Part shown: positions 12,601 to 26,023 of the stretch, piece by piece
How the letters are laid out: each line of letters begins with the position of its first letter
Position numbering within the stretch: position 1 is the stretch's first letter
Source: Bigelowiella natans CCMP2755
Lineage: Eukaryota; Protista; Cercozoa
Direction of reading: 5' to 3'
NCBI GenBank assembly: GCA_000320545.1
Contig: ADNK01002534.1
Coordinates: 1-42,172 of the forward strand
Length of the DNA stretch: 42,172 nt
Position numbers and translations under genes: made by a program
The notes under the pieces: generated by a model
Seen by the model: the letters and a program-made list of their open reading frames with translations, nothing else
What the model was told of the DNA's origin: nothing
The model's database searches: none

Positions 12601-15600
12601 CCAGAAGTTACAACAGCCGTTCGTCACGGCCTGCATGAAGTTTCTGCATCGCGCCAAAGAGGCCGCTGCCATACCCTCGCCCGAGGTGTCATCCGCCTTA
12701 TTCGGCGTGCTGTTCGAGAGCACGGCACTTATGAGCCCTCAGAGTGCGGAAGAACTTCAAATATTATACGTATCGTTAGGACCTACCGCCGCAGCCGCTG
12801 CTGCAGTAGCAGGGGGGGGTGGTAAGCAAGGAGATGCAGCCGCTGCGGCGGCGGCGGCTGCTGCCGCCGTGACGTCCGTGGACATAGAGAAGGAGGCCCA
12901 CCTCTACTTCAAACAGATATATGAAGGAAAGATATCGCTAGAGGAGGTCGTCGAGACGCTCACGAACTTCAAGAACTCCAAGGACTCGCGCGAGAACGAA
13001 ATGTTCATGTGCATGATCCACGCGCTCTTCGACGAATACCGGTTCTTCAACCAGTACCCGGAAAAGGAGCTGCGCATCACCGCGGTGCTGTTCGGGCTGC
13101 TGATTAAGCATAGGCTGGTGTATCTGGAGACGCTTGGCATAGCTCTGAGATACGTCCTCGACGCCCTCCAGAAGAAGCCGAACACCAACGTCTTTCAATT
13201 CGGCATGTGGGCGTTGGAGCAGTTCAAGGAGCGGCTGCATCAGTGGCCGCAATACTGCGCGCTGCTTGTCGAAATCCAGGATCTACGCCAGAGCTACCCC
13301 AAACTCGTGTCCTACATCGAAATGGCGGCCAGCGAAGCCAACAAACAGCAACAGCTGGCACTCGCTCAGGCCGGTGGTGGCTACGATAATGGCGGGAACG
13401 GTGGAGACTTCACGGGGGGATACTCCCCTGGAACCGGGAATCCTGATGGCACTCCGAGGCTTGGTGATAATAGCGTCGAGAATAATAATAAAAGGATCGG
13501 TGATAGCAAAAACGGTGGTGCCTCCGGAGATTCAAAGAAAGCCATCTCCGTGTCAGCCGCCATAACTATTCCTCCGGAGGGTGTGCGCGATAAGATTCAC
13601 TTCCTCATCAACAACCTCTCCAAAGCCAATGTAGACGACAAGGTTTTGGAGATTAAAAAGTTCATTGAACCGAACTTCTTCCCCTACTTCAGCAACTTCC
13701 TCGTCACCAAGCGCGTCGCGCAGGAAGCCAACCATCTGGAGATGTACGCCTCATTCCTCAAAAAACTCGGTGACCGCATACTGTACAAGGTCATCACGAA
13801 CGACACGTACATACAGATTCGTGTCTTGATGGCTTCTGAGAAAATCGTGCAGTCTTTCGACGAGCGGAAGAAGCTCAAGAACCTGGGGTCGTGGCTCGGG
13901 CTTATGACCCTCGCAAGAAATAGACCTATTTTAGCGAAGCAGATGCGACTGAAGGAGCTCGTGCTCGAGGCGTACAGCAATGGCAAGCTGATCGTTGTCG
14001 TGCCCTTCGTCGCCAACGTGTTGGAGATGAGCATCCACTCTAAGCGGATCTTCAAGCTTCCGAACCCATGGATGATGGCAATGCTGTCGCTCCTCAAGGA
14101 GGTGATGGAGGTGGACGACCTGAAACTGAATCTGAAATTCGCCATCGAGTGTCTCTTCAACAAGCTCAAGATTGAAGTGGAGAATGTCACGACACGCGAC
14201 GTCCTAGTCAACAGGCCCTCGCATGCCGGAAACTTGAAGCCGAAGGAGAACAACGATCCCGTTAACGCTAATCAGCAGAGCCCGCAGCAAGGTGTCGTCA
14301 ATGACCCCATAGGGACCGGGGCAAACAGCGATGCTGCCCAGCAGAGGCTTATCGGCCAGCACGGCGCTGGTGACGAAGTCAAGGTGGAAGATGCGAAAGA
14401 TCCAACGCCTTATGTCAAGATTCATCCTTCGATCGCGCTGTTCGAGAGGTACCCAGAGCTTAAGGACCTCGTGCCTTTGGCGGTGGAGAAGGCCATCCAG
14501 GTACGATGGCTGCTGATAGAAGATCTGCAGTAACACATATGGATATGAATGATTATGATGACGATAAGGATGGCGAGGGCCCAACTGTGTATTTTTTAGA
14601 TGTTTCTTTAACTTCGTTTTAGAACTAGCCTCAAATTCCCTTCACTCCCGATTAACCCCCTCGTTCTTTTTTTTTTCCTTCCTGCAGGACATCCTCAACG
14701 TGGTCATGCGCTCGGTGCAGATCGCCTGCGTGACGACACGCTCGTTGATCATGAAGGACTTTGCGATGGAGCCAGACCATACTAAGATCCAGCGCGCCGC
14801 GCACCAGATGGTAAGGAAGCTCACGAGCAGCCTCGCTCTCGTGACCTGCAAAGACCCTCTCCGCTCGAACATAAGTAGCAATCTTGCCTCCAAGATCGAG
14901 GAGAGAGCGAACTCCCCTCATCACCCTCGGATCGTGGTGGACCAGGCAATGCTGGAGCAGGCGTGTATGCAGATCAGCGCAGATAACCTAGAGCTTGGCT
15001 GCACGCTAGTGGAGAACTACGCGGCCGATCGCGCCAAGCAGGACATCGACGAGATCCTCGCCGCCTTTTACCTCCGAAAGCAGCAAGGCCCAGCCTTCCC
15101 ATCCTCATTCCCCAAGTCGCTGCCCGCTGAACTGAAGCCCGCGCCAAACGGCGAGCTTTCCTTCGCACAGGCACGCGTCTACGATGATTTTGGCTCCTCG
15201 AGAGTCCACCCGGATATCACCAAGGCTGCGGAAAACGCCGAGCTCAAGGAAGCGGAGCACTTTCCGGCCGGCGCGCTCCCAGGCAATGCTACTGGCGGTA
15301 ATAATAATGGCAGGAGGAGTAGGAGCGCTATCGGTTCGCAGCAGCCGCAGGTGGCACCTGCTAGCGGGCTTGGCAATATTGCGGACCGTATAATGGACCC
15401 AGCTCAGCAGCAATCGTCGTCATCGTCACAGGTGCAGGCAGGGCAGCAGCAACTCCTGACAAACGAGGCCGTGCTCGAAAACTTGGTCGGCGCCTACGCG
15501 GCGCTGAAGAAGGCAATCTTTGCCTTCCCCGACGGCGAGATTCCCCTCGCCAGCCTCAAGTCGCCGAAGGCGCAAAACATCCATAAGATCATGATGAGCT

Positions 15601-18008
15601 TCCCACAGATGCTCCGAGCGGCTCCCCGCGAGGAGAATTCAATCTTCCCCAAGGAGGTGATGTTCCTGACCTTCGCGGACAAGGTATTTAAGGACCTTTT
15701 CGCCGAGAGGACGAACGCGCTCACGATTAGCAGCCAGTGCGCGGTACTGAAGTACGTCGTCGCCGCCTTCCCCGCCGCCATGGACCGAATGTCCGAGTGG
15801 CTCCTGCTCGAAAACGAGCCAGAGCTAGCAGAGCGCAAATATCGCAAGGCCGTGGTGACGGCGTTGATCGGCAATCACCTCGTCGATACGGCTTACATCG
15901 ACGAGTATCTCCGCAAGCTGCTCATCTCAAATCTCAACCATATGAGCGCGAACCATGGCGGCGAGCCGCACCCCGCGCGTTGGCGGGAGCTGCAGAGGAC
16001 GATCGACCTCTGCATCACCCTTGTGCGCGATCTTGTGGTGAAGGAGACCATCCTCCCCCCCAAAGGCCTCCGGAACATTATCGAGGTCCTCCTCAGGCTG
16101 CCCGCCTCCGTATCAAGGCCCTTTGAGCAAAGGATAAAGATGCTATTCGACGGACTGCATTCGTTGCGGCCTGAACAAACAGCCGCAACAGCGACCAACA
16201 CCGCGCAGAGTAGCGGGGTGAGGCCTGGGGGCGCCGAAGACCTCAAGCACGACAAGTCGGGATCGCGTGAAGGCGGCAGCGCTGGCGGCGGCAGCTTCAA
16301 GGTGGCCGAGCTCCCCGTCCCCGTGGAGGACCAGGAGACGCAGGAGATGAGGCAGCGCTCTACGATAGTCCTGGATGAGTGGCTCACAATCTGCCTCCAG
16401 GGCACCGTGTCCGATAAGACCTACGCGCAGTATCTACAGATCCTCCGGAACGAGGGCCTGCTCGCGACCACGAAGAGCACGAACCTCTTCTTCCGCATCA
16501 TCACGGAACTCTGCATCAACCACAGCTCCAAGAGCCAGACCATGAACTACACGACGATCGACGCGCTGGCGAAGCTGGTCGTGTTCCTGGTCAAGTTCCT
16601 GGACAACACCAACAAGATCGCGCTCCTCTCGGCCTTCCTCCAGGTGGCGGCGCACGTGCTGATCCGCGACCACGATGCGAAGAAGGGCATGAAGATCGGT
16701 TTCAACCAAAAGTCCTACTTGCGGCTGTTCACCAACTTGCTCTACGACCTCAACACGCCCGACCCGTCCCTTGACTCCTCGCTGATCGAGGTGCTGAACG
16801 CCTTCACGCACACCTTCCACAAGCTAAGGCCCTCGCGCGTCCCCGCCTTCGCCTTCGCGTGGGTCGAGCTGATCGCCCACCGAATGTTCATGCCCAAGCT
16901 GCTGATTTCCAAGCCGCACCGGTGCTCGGTGATGTTCAAAACGCTCATCGTCGACCTCCTCGAGTTCCTGAAGCCGTATCTGCAGAACGCCGAGCTGACG
17001 GAGCAGGTCCACCTCCTCTACAAGGGCACCCTGCGCATCCTGCTGGTGCTGCTGCACGGCTTCCCGGAGTTCCTGTGCGAGTTCCACTTCTCCTTCTGCG
17101 ACGCCATCCCCACGACCTGCATCCAGATGAGGAACCTCATCCTCTCCGCCTTCCCTCGCAACGTTAGGCTGCCGGACCCTCTCACGCCCAATCTCAAGGT
17201 CGATCTGCTGCCGGAAATCACCCATCCACCGAGCATCGGCTGCGACGTGACCGAGGCGCTTATCAATCACAACGTCCTCGCCCCCTTGGAGCAGTACGTC
17301 TCCACCCGGCAGCCCTCCTCCTTCCCGCAGAAGCTCTGCGAGAAGCTGCAGACGAGCGCGGCTGCGGACTCAAAGGCGGCGGCAGCTGCCGAGGGCTCCT
17401 CGTCGCCCAGCGATGCAGCAGCAGCAGGTGAGTACTCCTCCTCCTCCTCCAAGTATGACGTGCGGCTGGTCAACTCCCTCGTGCTGCACGTCGGCATGCA
17501 GGGTATTGCGAAGCTGCAGGCTAAGAACGAGGAGGGCATGGACAACGCGTGCATGGACATCTTTGAGAGGCTCGTCATGAAGCTCGACCCTGAGGGGCGC
17601 TACTACGTCCTCAACGCCATCGCCAACCAGCTGCGGTACCCGAACAACCACACCCACTACTTCTCCTGCGTGCTCCTCTACCTCTTCCTCCACAGCGAGG
17701 AAATGTTCGTCAAAGAGCAGATCACGCGCGTGCTGCTCGAGCGGCTAATTGTGCATCAGCCGCACCCGTGGGGGCTGCTAATCACCTTCATCGAGCTCAT
17801 CAAGAACCCTCAGTACGAGTTCTCCCGCCAGCCGTTCACGAATTGCGCCCCTGAGATCGCTAGATTATTCGACTCGGTGACGCGCTCGTGCATGCCTGCC
17901 AAGGAGGATGGGTCAGGAGCCGCTGGCGGCGGTGCCAGGGGCGGTGTACATCTGCCCTCTGCCTACGCCGCTATGGAGGAGAAGAAGTTGGGAGGGGGCC
18001 GCCCTTAG
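9680..18008 (+). CDS. CNOT1: CCR4-NOT complex scaffold subunit NOT1, 8 exons, about 2,300 aa
   Basis: Exons approx. 9680-9706 (first exon inferred, MLAVPVFNQ), 10133-10856, 11002-11106, 11255-11645, 11743-11897, 12002-12317, 12573-14500, 14688-18008. Motifs: WCSLDLIDSLL, YPEKELRITAVLFG, PPEGVRDKIHFLINNLS (CAF1-binding MIF4G), LKNLGSWLG, RSVQIACVTTRSLIMKDFAMEPD (DUF3819), NQLRYPNNHTHYFS, PHPWGLLITFIELIKNP. Confidence 0.97.
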
Positions 18009-18522
18009 CTGCATCGTGCGTGCAGTATTATCTCTCGTCGGGCAGCGAATAATTTGAGAGAGAATGTTAAAGAGAGAGAGAAATGGCGGGAGCCTCGGCA
18101 GCTGCAGCAACAGCTCCCAAATGCCAATTATTAGTCACAGAACTCGATCACAGTGCCATATCTCTCGGCCAAAGCCTATGTATGTACCCATCAAGCAGAT
18201 CGTGTACAAAAAACACGGAGGAGGGTGTTCGTTCCGCCTTTTTTGTTTCCATCGCCCTGCCTCCCCGGCCTCTGAGAAGGTTTTTGTTATATTTTTCTTC
18301 TTTTGCCTCGTTCACGACCACTTCCCGCCGCCTTTCACTGCGATAGCCAATCTTCTTCCATCAGCCCACATCATTACCCTGCTCTCACTTAGCTATGTGT
18401 AGTAGCAATTGTCTCGTCGGGACTATGTTCCTTTCTTTTTTGTAAATGAAACAAGCAAGCTCTACTCCTCTAGTACCACAAATTGATGTTGCATACGGTT
18501 TCTGGAAAATGAACGTAATTAC

Positions 18523-18532
18523 AATAAATAAA
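18523..18532 (+). terminator. Putative polyadenylation signal of CNOT1
   Basis: Overlapping AATAAA hexamers (AATAAATAAA) about 515 nt after the stop codon, followed by T-rich sequence. Confidence 0.45.
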
Positions 18533-18659
18533 CTCCTTTTCTCACTATGACAAGTTTTATATGTTACACATTAATGTCAAGGTGTATGCACGTAAGATGT
18601 GTGAATGTGCGTTCATGCAGTACATGCTTGACACATAGAACATAACCGTCGCCCGATGC

Positions 18660-19981
18660 ATACTAGCATGTAGCTAGCTAGATATGCCATGTAGCACACC
18701 ATGCTAGCATGCACAATGTGGCTGCGAAACGCCAACGACCTTCGCGGTTCTAGCTAGCTAGCAGCTAGCTAGACTAGTACATCGTACTAGTAGGGCTATC
18801 GCATCTAGCTCATAGCTGTCTAGCTAGCTACATGTGTCTACAATCTACAATTCGCCGTGCTAGCGCGGGCATTACCTAGATTACTAGCATCACAATGCAC
18901 AGCGCATGCTAGCGTATCTGTGCGCGCGTGCGTCCATTCGCGTTTGCTTGTGCTACGCACTAGCTAGCAGCTGATGTGGTTGGTACTCTAGTACTAATAA
19001 CATGTAGAGCTGCATCAACGTGGCTAGGTGGAAACCTAACAACACTAGCTAGCTGGAAAATGCCAAAGCAAGAACTTCCCCGCAAAGCTCGGTGTGCAAG
19101 CAAGATACGATCGGTTTTTTGACATTGCAAAACCGATTTTGCATGCAAAAGCCGGTTAAAAATTTGCGTGTGCGAGCTCAGTGTGGCCGTGACCCCAGCA
19201 CATTGATGGACACCCATTCGCTTTTAGGCTGTCGTGAGTGCTCATCCTACGATACGCGATGCAAAGCAAGCGACTACACAGCGCTCATGTTGTTGTCACA
19301 TAGCTAGATGGTGCGTGATGCATGCTAGCATGGCAACAAGACGGATGTAATTATCAATCATCAAATTGAATTTCTGATCGATGCATGCTAGCATGCTGCA
19401 TGTGTAGCTTATTAGACGCGCGCACACACACACACATACACACGACACACTGTTATTACGACACATCGCACGCCCATCGTTTATACGTACGCCGCACAAT
19501 GATCTAAATGATGTGCGGCTGCATCGCAGCTCGTGCGCGTCCAGGCGGGCTGGCTATGCTACGCTAGCTAGCGTGACCGCGCATATATAATGCGTCTACT
19601 GTACAGTGTAGCTAGATGTAGACGTACGCGCGTAATAACATGTGTACTTAAAATTTATGCTTTTGATAGTTGCATCCGCGACACGCACTTGCTAGCTTGT
19701 ACGCGCAGATGGCATTGCACATAGACATACGAAGCATTTAATTGTTGTTGCAGCTACGCGACGAACAACGTATGTGATACGTAACCAGTGCGATCTTTCA
19801 AATGACAATCCACCGACATGCTAGCATGTGAAACTTAGTGAGGTTTCATCGGCGGCATTTCATGGGACTAGCTATTCACAGATTGCAAGTGTTCAACGTA
19901 ACTTTTAAAGTCTTTTGAGAGCAATGCCAATTTACAAAATGACGATGGTTAGATGCACCGCAGTGATGGCTCAAATGCTAG
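18660..19981. other. CTAG/CATG-rich palindromic tract between the convergent CNOT1 and dynein 3' ends
   Basis: About 24 CTAG in 18660-19055 and about 10 more up to 19981, counted by eye. Four exact copies of CATGCTAGCATG at 18700, 19321, 19384 and 19817. Confidence 0.9.
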
Positions 19982-19987
19982 CCCGAA

Positions 19988-20440
19988 CTAATCATCTAAC
20001 TGGGTAATCATCGCCACTCCTCTCTTCACCCAATGACCTGCATCGAGAGATGTTGGTACTTTCAAGAACATTACGAAGTTGGTAGAGTGCCCGGTGGTGG
20101 ACAACATTCCGTGTCTCTCCGACGTTCTGCAGGATTACAAGAAAAATTGAATAAAAGCTGCACAACTACAAAAGAAATGAATATGCACAACTACAAGTGA
20201 AATGAATATGCACAACTACAAGTGAAATGAATATGCACAACTACAAATGAAATGAATATGCATCAGAGGCGTACCTATAAACTGGGCACGCGTAGTGCGA
20301 AAATTTCGAAAGATCTTTGATTTCGCAGGGCTTCAACCAAATGACGGGCGTATCGTAGAACAGCACCTTCGGACTGGATTCCGCTAATTCCATCTATAGA
20401 AGTGTACGCAATCGATGATTCGATATAAATAAATAAATAC

Positions 20441-20479
<39 letters not shown>

Positions 20480-20850
20480 ATCATTTCTGCAAAATGGATA
20501 CACATAATGGTAGAGACGAAAAATACACCTTATCGTTATCCCACTGTGCAGCCTCGAGGAAAAGACCGTTGATATATATTCCATCAGAAGGCTTTGGGGA
20601 CTTCTTCTCTACAGCGCCCTGTGAGAATTCATAACAAATACGGTTAGATTCTCGTATTAAATCAATCCGAAACTAGTGATTTTCTCAAGCATAGTGCCGA
20701 CCAATACGGCTTTAAATTGCATATTGTCATTCACAGTGATTCACCATATTTATGCAGTACCTTCTTCATAAACTGGAAGTCAAACTGGATCATGTCAATC
20801 GGCTTTGTGTATTTTCGAGCAAAGTTTTGCATCGCCCCAGTAAGCATTGC

Positions 20851-20890
<40 letters not shown>

Positions 20891-22479
20891 ACACACACGT
20901 TCAAAATATACCTAAGAATAATCATAAATACACGATTTTCCTCCTATTCAACAACTGTTCTCTGCGTCACCTGTGTGAAGAAAATGCCAGAAATCCACAT
21001 GATCGTGGGTATTCCGTCCGATATCCAATCGGCAAAGAACTGCACGCGCTTGACAAGATCATCGATATATCTGGGGATGATCGAAGAAAGGAAACAAAAA
21101 ATGCTGGTTAGAAACTTATGAATACGCGAAGAGATGATACTTGATCCCTCCCACCCTTCCTCCCATACATATAATCCCATCCCGGGAGGAAACATAAAAA
21201 AAGAGAAAGAAAGAGCGCAATTTAGCTTCTCATCAATAATACCCTGAAAGTGGCTTGAGCGATGGGTAGGACATGTTGTTCTCCGTCCACAGCGTCGGCA
21301 CGCGTCCAAGCGACATCGAGTTCTGATGAGCAAATACAAGCAACAGGATCTTCATACGCATGCTAGTGTGCGCGCTCATATTGCGCATATTGGTCTATTC
21401 AATGTTTTAAATTTAATTTCTAACGCAGAAAATCGCCCTCTTTCTCGGTCTCTCAATGCGTGAGTAAATACCGCCATGGATTCAAGAGCCCCGGACATCA
21501 CAATCTGCCCCTTCAGAGCTTTCTTGAGATCCTTGAGAGATTTCCGGATTTGGCACGTTAGCTTGTTGTATCTGAAAGGTATGCCGATAACAACGCATTA
21601 CAATACATATTATGAGAACGAGCGGTGACCCCCCCCCACCCCCCTCCCTCTTTCCATTTCTCGCTCAAATCTGATAGTCATTATTACTAGCCACCGAACT
21701 AACCGTAAGCACTCCTGCTGCAGCACTGTATTCATCGATTCCTCATAAAGCACGGGGTACTTCTCAGCAACCAGCTCCACGTCAAATCTGCAATCAAAAC
21801 GTGCACACGAGCATGTACATGGTAAGATCGATGCCGAAACTACTCAATGCGGAAAAAGCATGGAATTTCGAAACCATCAACCCTCTCGCAGCGTTGACCT
21901 ACGCCCCCCCTCCCCATCGATACCATCATCAATCGTCCCCCCTGATCCATTCCCAGTTTCACTCTCCCCTCCCCCCCCCCCCTTCCTTTTCTCACCCTTT
22001 CTCGTTCGGCAGAAAGGCGTCGAGCTTGGCCAGGATGTCATTGGCAAGGTCCTCTAGGATCTCCTCCTGCGACTTGCTTCCGCCCGACGAGCCGCTGTCT
22101 AGCGTGAGCAGAATGGAGTCGAGGAGCAAATTCGTCTCTTGCTGATCCTTGGTGATATCCGCATTCTCATGGAAACCGAAGACCTCGGGGTGGACCTGAA
22201 CTGGCAATTTGCTGATGAACTCGATGTAGCCTTTCGCATCGTCCTCCGGAGGCACGACGTACGTGCCCGAGGGGGAGAGCTTGTAGCCGGCCTTGTGGAT
22301 GTTTGGGGTGAAGAAAATGTCCAGGATAGAAAGAAGACACCGGCGGTCTCTGTCATCGGTTACGCGCCCTCCGTAGTTACACTGCCCGATCAAATACCTA
22401 CCCGAAGAGATGGAATGAGAATCAAAATAAGAAGGATAACGGAAACTCGGCGGACGGACCCACGCACAATCTGAGTGAG

Positions 22480-22522
<43 letters not shown>

Positions 22523-23164
22523 AGAGAAAGAAAGAGAGAAAGAGAGAGAGGATTGTTATTAACATTACCGCAGAGCCTTATAAGGAATATCGCCCTTGTA
22601 GTTCAAGAACATATGCAGCTGCTGAACGCTGATGCGTAAGTCCGAATCATTGAAACCGTAAGCGATGTTCCAACCCACGGGACCAAAGCTGCGTCGCTCC
22701 TGGATGAGAGCGTGGAAGAAGCAGAGCGCGTAGGTCATGCGCTTGAGTTCCGCCTTCTTATCGCACGTCTCGAAGAACTTAGTGTCGGAAATGGGGTCTG
22801 AATAGGAAGCATGAAAAGGCCAATAGCATGTTATAAGAGGCTTGCAGCGGTCTCGAGGTGGGAGGCGAAAGCGGTTAGTTTTTAGTTTCTCAACGGCAAT
22901 TAGAAACGACGATTGGCGACGCACCCAAAGTGTAGCTGTTCGCCAAGTTGTTCTTCAGTCCCTTGGGAGGCTCCGTGGTCATCTTGACCCCGTTTTGTAG
23001 GATGGTGATTGGGAACTTCGGGGACGGGTAGCTTGTCAGCCATAGCCGGAAGTTGGGGTGAGCTACGTCGTCATTGATATTCTCGCAGATCAACCTGTGG
23101 GATGTTTTCATTGCATTTGTTGTTTTAGCACGGTCGAATCATCGTCGCCATGCTTACGCGAGCG

Positions 23165-23250
<86 letters not shown>

Positions 23251-24603
23251 TAGTAGTATGATGTGCTCTGTCGTACTCGAGAGTCGGCATCCATTTCTCG
23301 AGCAAATGGCAGTTTTGCAGAATCACCCACGTCCCCGCCTTGATAGCCTTCTCTATCATCGCCCGTGCCTTGGGCCCTTGCCCCTGGCCAAGAGAAATGC
23401 TTTCCATTTTCTCCGACATCTCCACGTCCGCCGCGTACTTTGCTATAGACAACCAAGGGTCGGAGCCTGACACCAACAAATAGCAGAATCAGCTTGAGCA
23501 TTCTTGCTGCGGCGAGAGCGGCAGTGCTTCATATCGTACAAATAAAAACGCGGCAGAGACCAACGGAAAAGCGCAGTATCCTCCCACACATTCCGTCCCA
23601 CCATCACCCGCGCCGTACCCATGGAGAGGATGAAGATCAGCGGGCTAGACGGCGACGAGTCGTCGAAGCATTCGGCGAGATTCAACGATGGCACTTGCGT
23701 GTACTTCTCCCCCATCACACCATTGACGAAATCGCGACAAGCGTTGACCATCTTGTCCGGGCGGATGCAGCGCAAGATCATCAACCGTCGGAAAGGAGAC
23801 AAGTCCTTCTCCCACCGGCCAGGGAAGGCGACTTTGTGAGGGTCAGGACTATCATAGACCTTTTCAGATCACAAGCGCCAAAGCGGCAGCAACCGAGGCA
23901 AGAAAACGGAATTATGATGAGAGGCACTTACAAAGGATGATTGAGATTGATTGGTAAGGAACGAGGAGAACGATCGCTTTTTTTGCTTATTTGTCTAAGA
24001 AAACTGACCACACAGAAAATTTCAAATCTTGCTCAGATCATTTCGCGCATACCTTTTTCCAATCGTCGCTGAACATCTGCAAGGACTCTATGAGGCACTC
24101 GTCCTCACAGTCATCGACAACCATATCGAGGAAACGCTGCTGATTCTCCTTCAATTCGGGTTCCTTCGCATCCTCCTTTTCCTTTTTCTCTTCCTCACCT
24201 TCTGCATACATTCGAGATAAACGGCAAAAGCGATGTTAACTTACATATATTATTTTAAACGCGGCACTGACGCAAAGTAATCTCTGAAATATCTTCAAAG
24301 ACACACCTTCTTTCTTATTCTCCTCTGCCACTGCCTTTTCATCGTCGTTGTCACCAGCTTCTTGTCGCGCCTTCTCCTCGGCCTTCTTTTTAGCCAGTTC
24401 CTCGTCAAACTTCGCTTTCGTCTCGTTGTAGCCTTTTTGGAAAGGGGGGAACCTGCTCAAACGGCAGATCTGCGTCCAGGCCTTCTCTGATAGCCATTCA
24501 GATGCTGGATTTGCGGGCATGTCCTTCACAAGGCCGACGCCGCCGGTTAGGAGGAATCTGTTCAATTTTATTGAAGGAACTGCGTGAGATGTTGTCATCA
24601 TAC

Positions 24604-24655
<52 letters not shown>

Positions 24656-25985
24656 GATGTTCATTATTCTCCAATATATTTCTAGACATCCACAGCCTTG
24701 CTTTCCGGCGAAGAAAACCTCATCTATCCCCCCCCCCCCTCGCATTTACCTAAGCTCCAAGTCGTGAACCTCGCGCTTCGACTCCAGCAGCCGCACGGCG
24801 AGGAGGAAGGAGAATAGAAGCTTGTCTTTCCCAAAGAGCGACCGGCAGATATTCAAATACCTGAAGGAATTGTACATATGAACACAGATGTGGGGGGAGG
24901 GCAGCAAAGGAGAGATATATCTAAGAAATTTGAGAGGATACAGAGAATTCTTCGGATGCAGTGCGCAGTTACCACACAACAGGCAGGGCGTTGAAGACTC
25001 ATCCTATACTTCTACTATGATAATAAGCGTGCACGGAGCCGATGACGACTGTTTGCAAGAACTTACAGAGAATAGGTGAAGTAGTTGTTGAGGTTTTCGA
25101 TGCGCTCCGCAACTTCCTCCGAATGCTCAGACTTATCGATCGCTCGACTAAACAGAGCTATGAACCAGGAGAGCGAGTATTGATACCTGCATTGGTAATG
25201 CAGAACAATCATCAGTACCGCTGCGGCGAAGGCAGAGTGGTATCATTTTGGGGAGTTGGAATGCACTGAAAAAAACCATCGGCGTTTTCCTCTCGATTCT
25301 TGCCCCCCACCCCCCCCCCCCCCCCCATATTTGCAAGATTCAATAAAGAAAATCCCTCTGCAATCTTATTCTTCAAAAGGAGTAGATGCTCTACGCAGCA
25401 CTTCGCACTTACATCGGGTCAATGGCTGCCAGAGAGTTTATACAGAAGAATAGGATTGTAGTGTGCTCTGCGACCGGCTTGTACCCCATTCGTGTGATAT
25501 TAATCTCCTTCTGGGCCTTGATCATGATCTTCTGTTTAGCTTCGATATCGTTTGATAACACCTTCGAGCTTTGGAGTACCTAGATTGAGTAAAGGACGCC
25601 GGGATGGTAATAGGCGAATCAGAAAGACTGAAACCAGTAACGTGAAAAGAGCCCCCTTCCAACCCCCGCCCTCCCCCTTTCCCCTTTACTCACTGAATAT
25701 TGCAACTAGAGAATTCAAAAGTGACCACCCACCTTGATCGCGCTCTCATCGTCGAGAATATTGCCCTGCGACGTCGATAGCGTGTGCAGGATCTTGTCCT
25801 CAATGTCCTTGAGCTTGCGAGCGTTCTCGGCGGAGGAACGTACTAATTCCGTCCGCTTCTCTTCCAACTCCGCGCGCTCTTTTGCAACGACGATACCTTA
25901 TGCAATACTCAAGGTGAGATGGGCGTCCCAAGGTGCGTGAGGAATAGACGCGGATTCGTTACCCTCCTCCTCCTCCTCCTTCAAT

Positions 25986-26023
<38 letters not shown>

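Noticed and set aside
20159-20262. Possible CRISPR-like array
   Set aside because: Head-to-tail 25-bp units with no unique spacers, inside a spliceosomal intron, and no cas genes.
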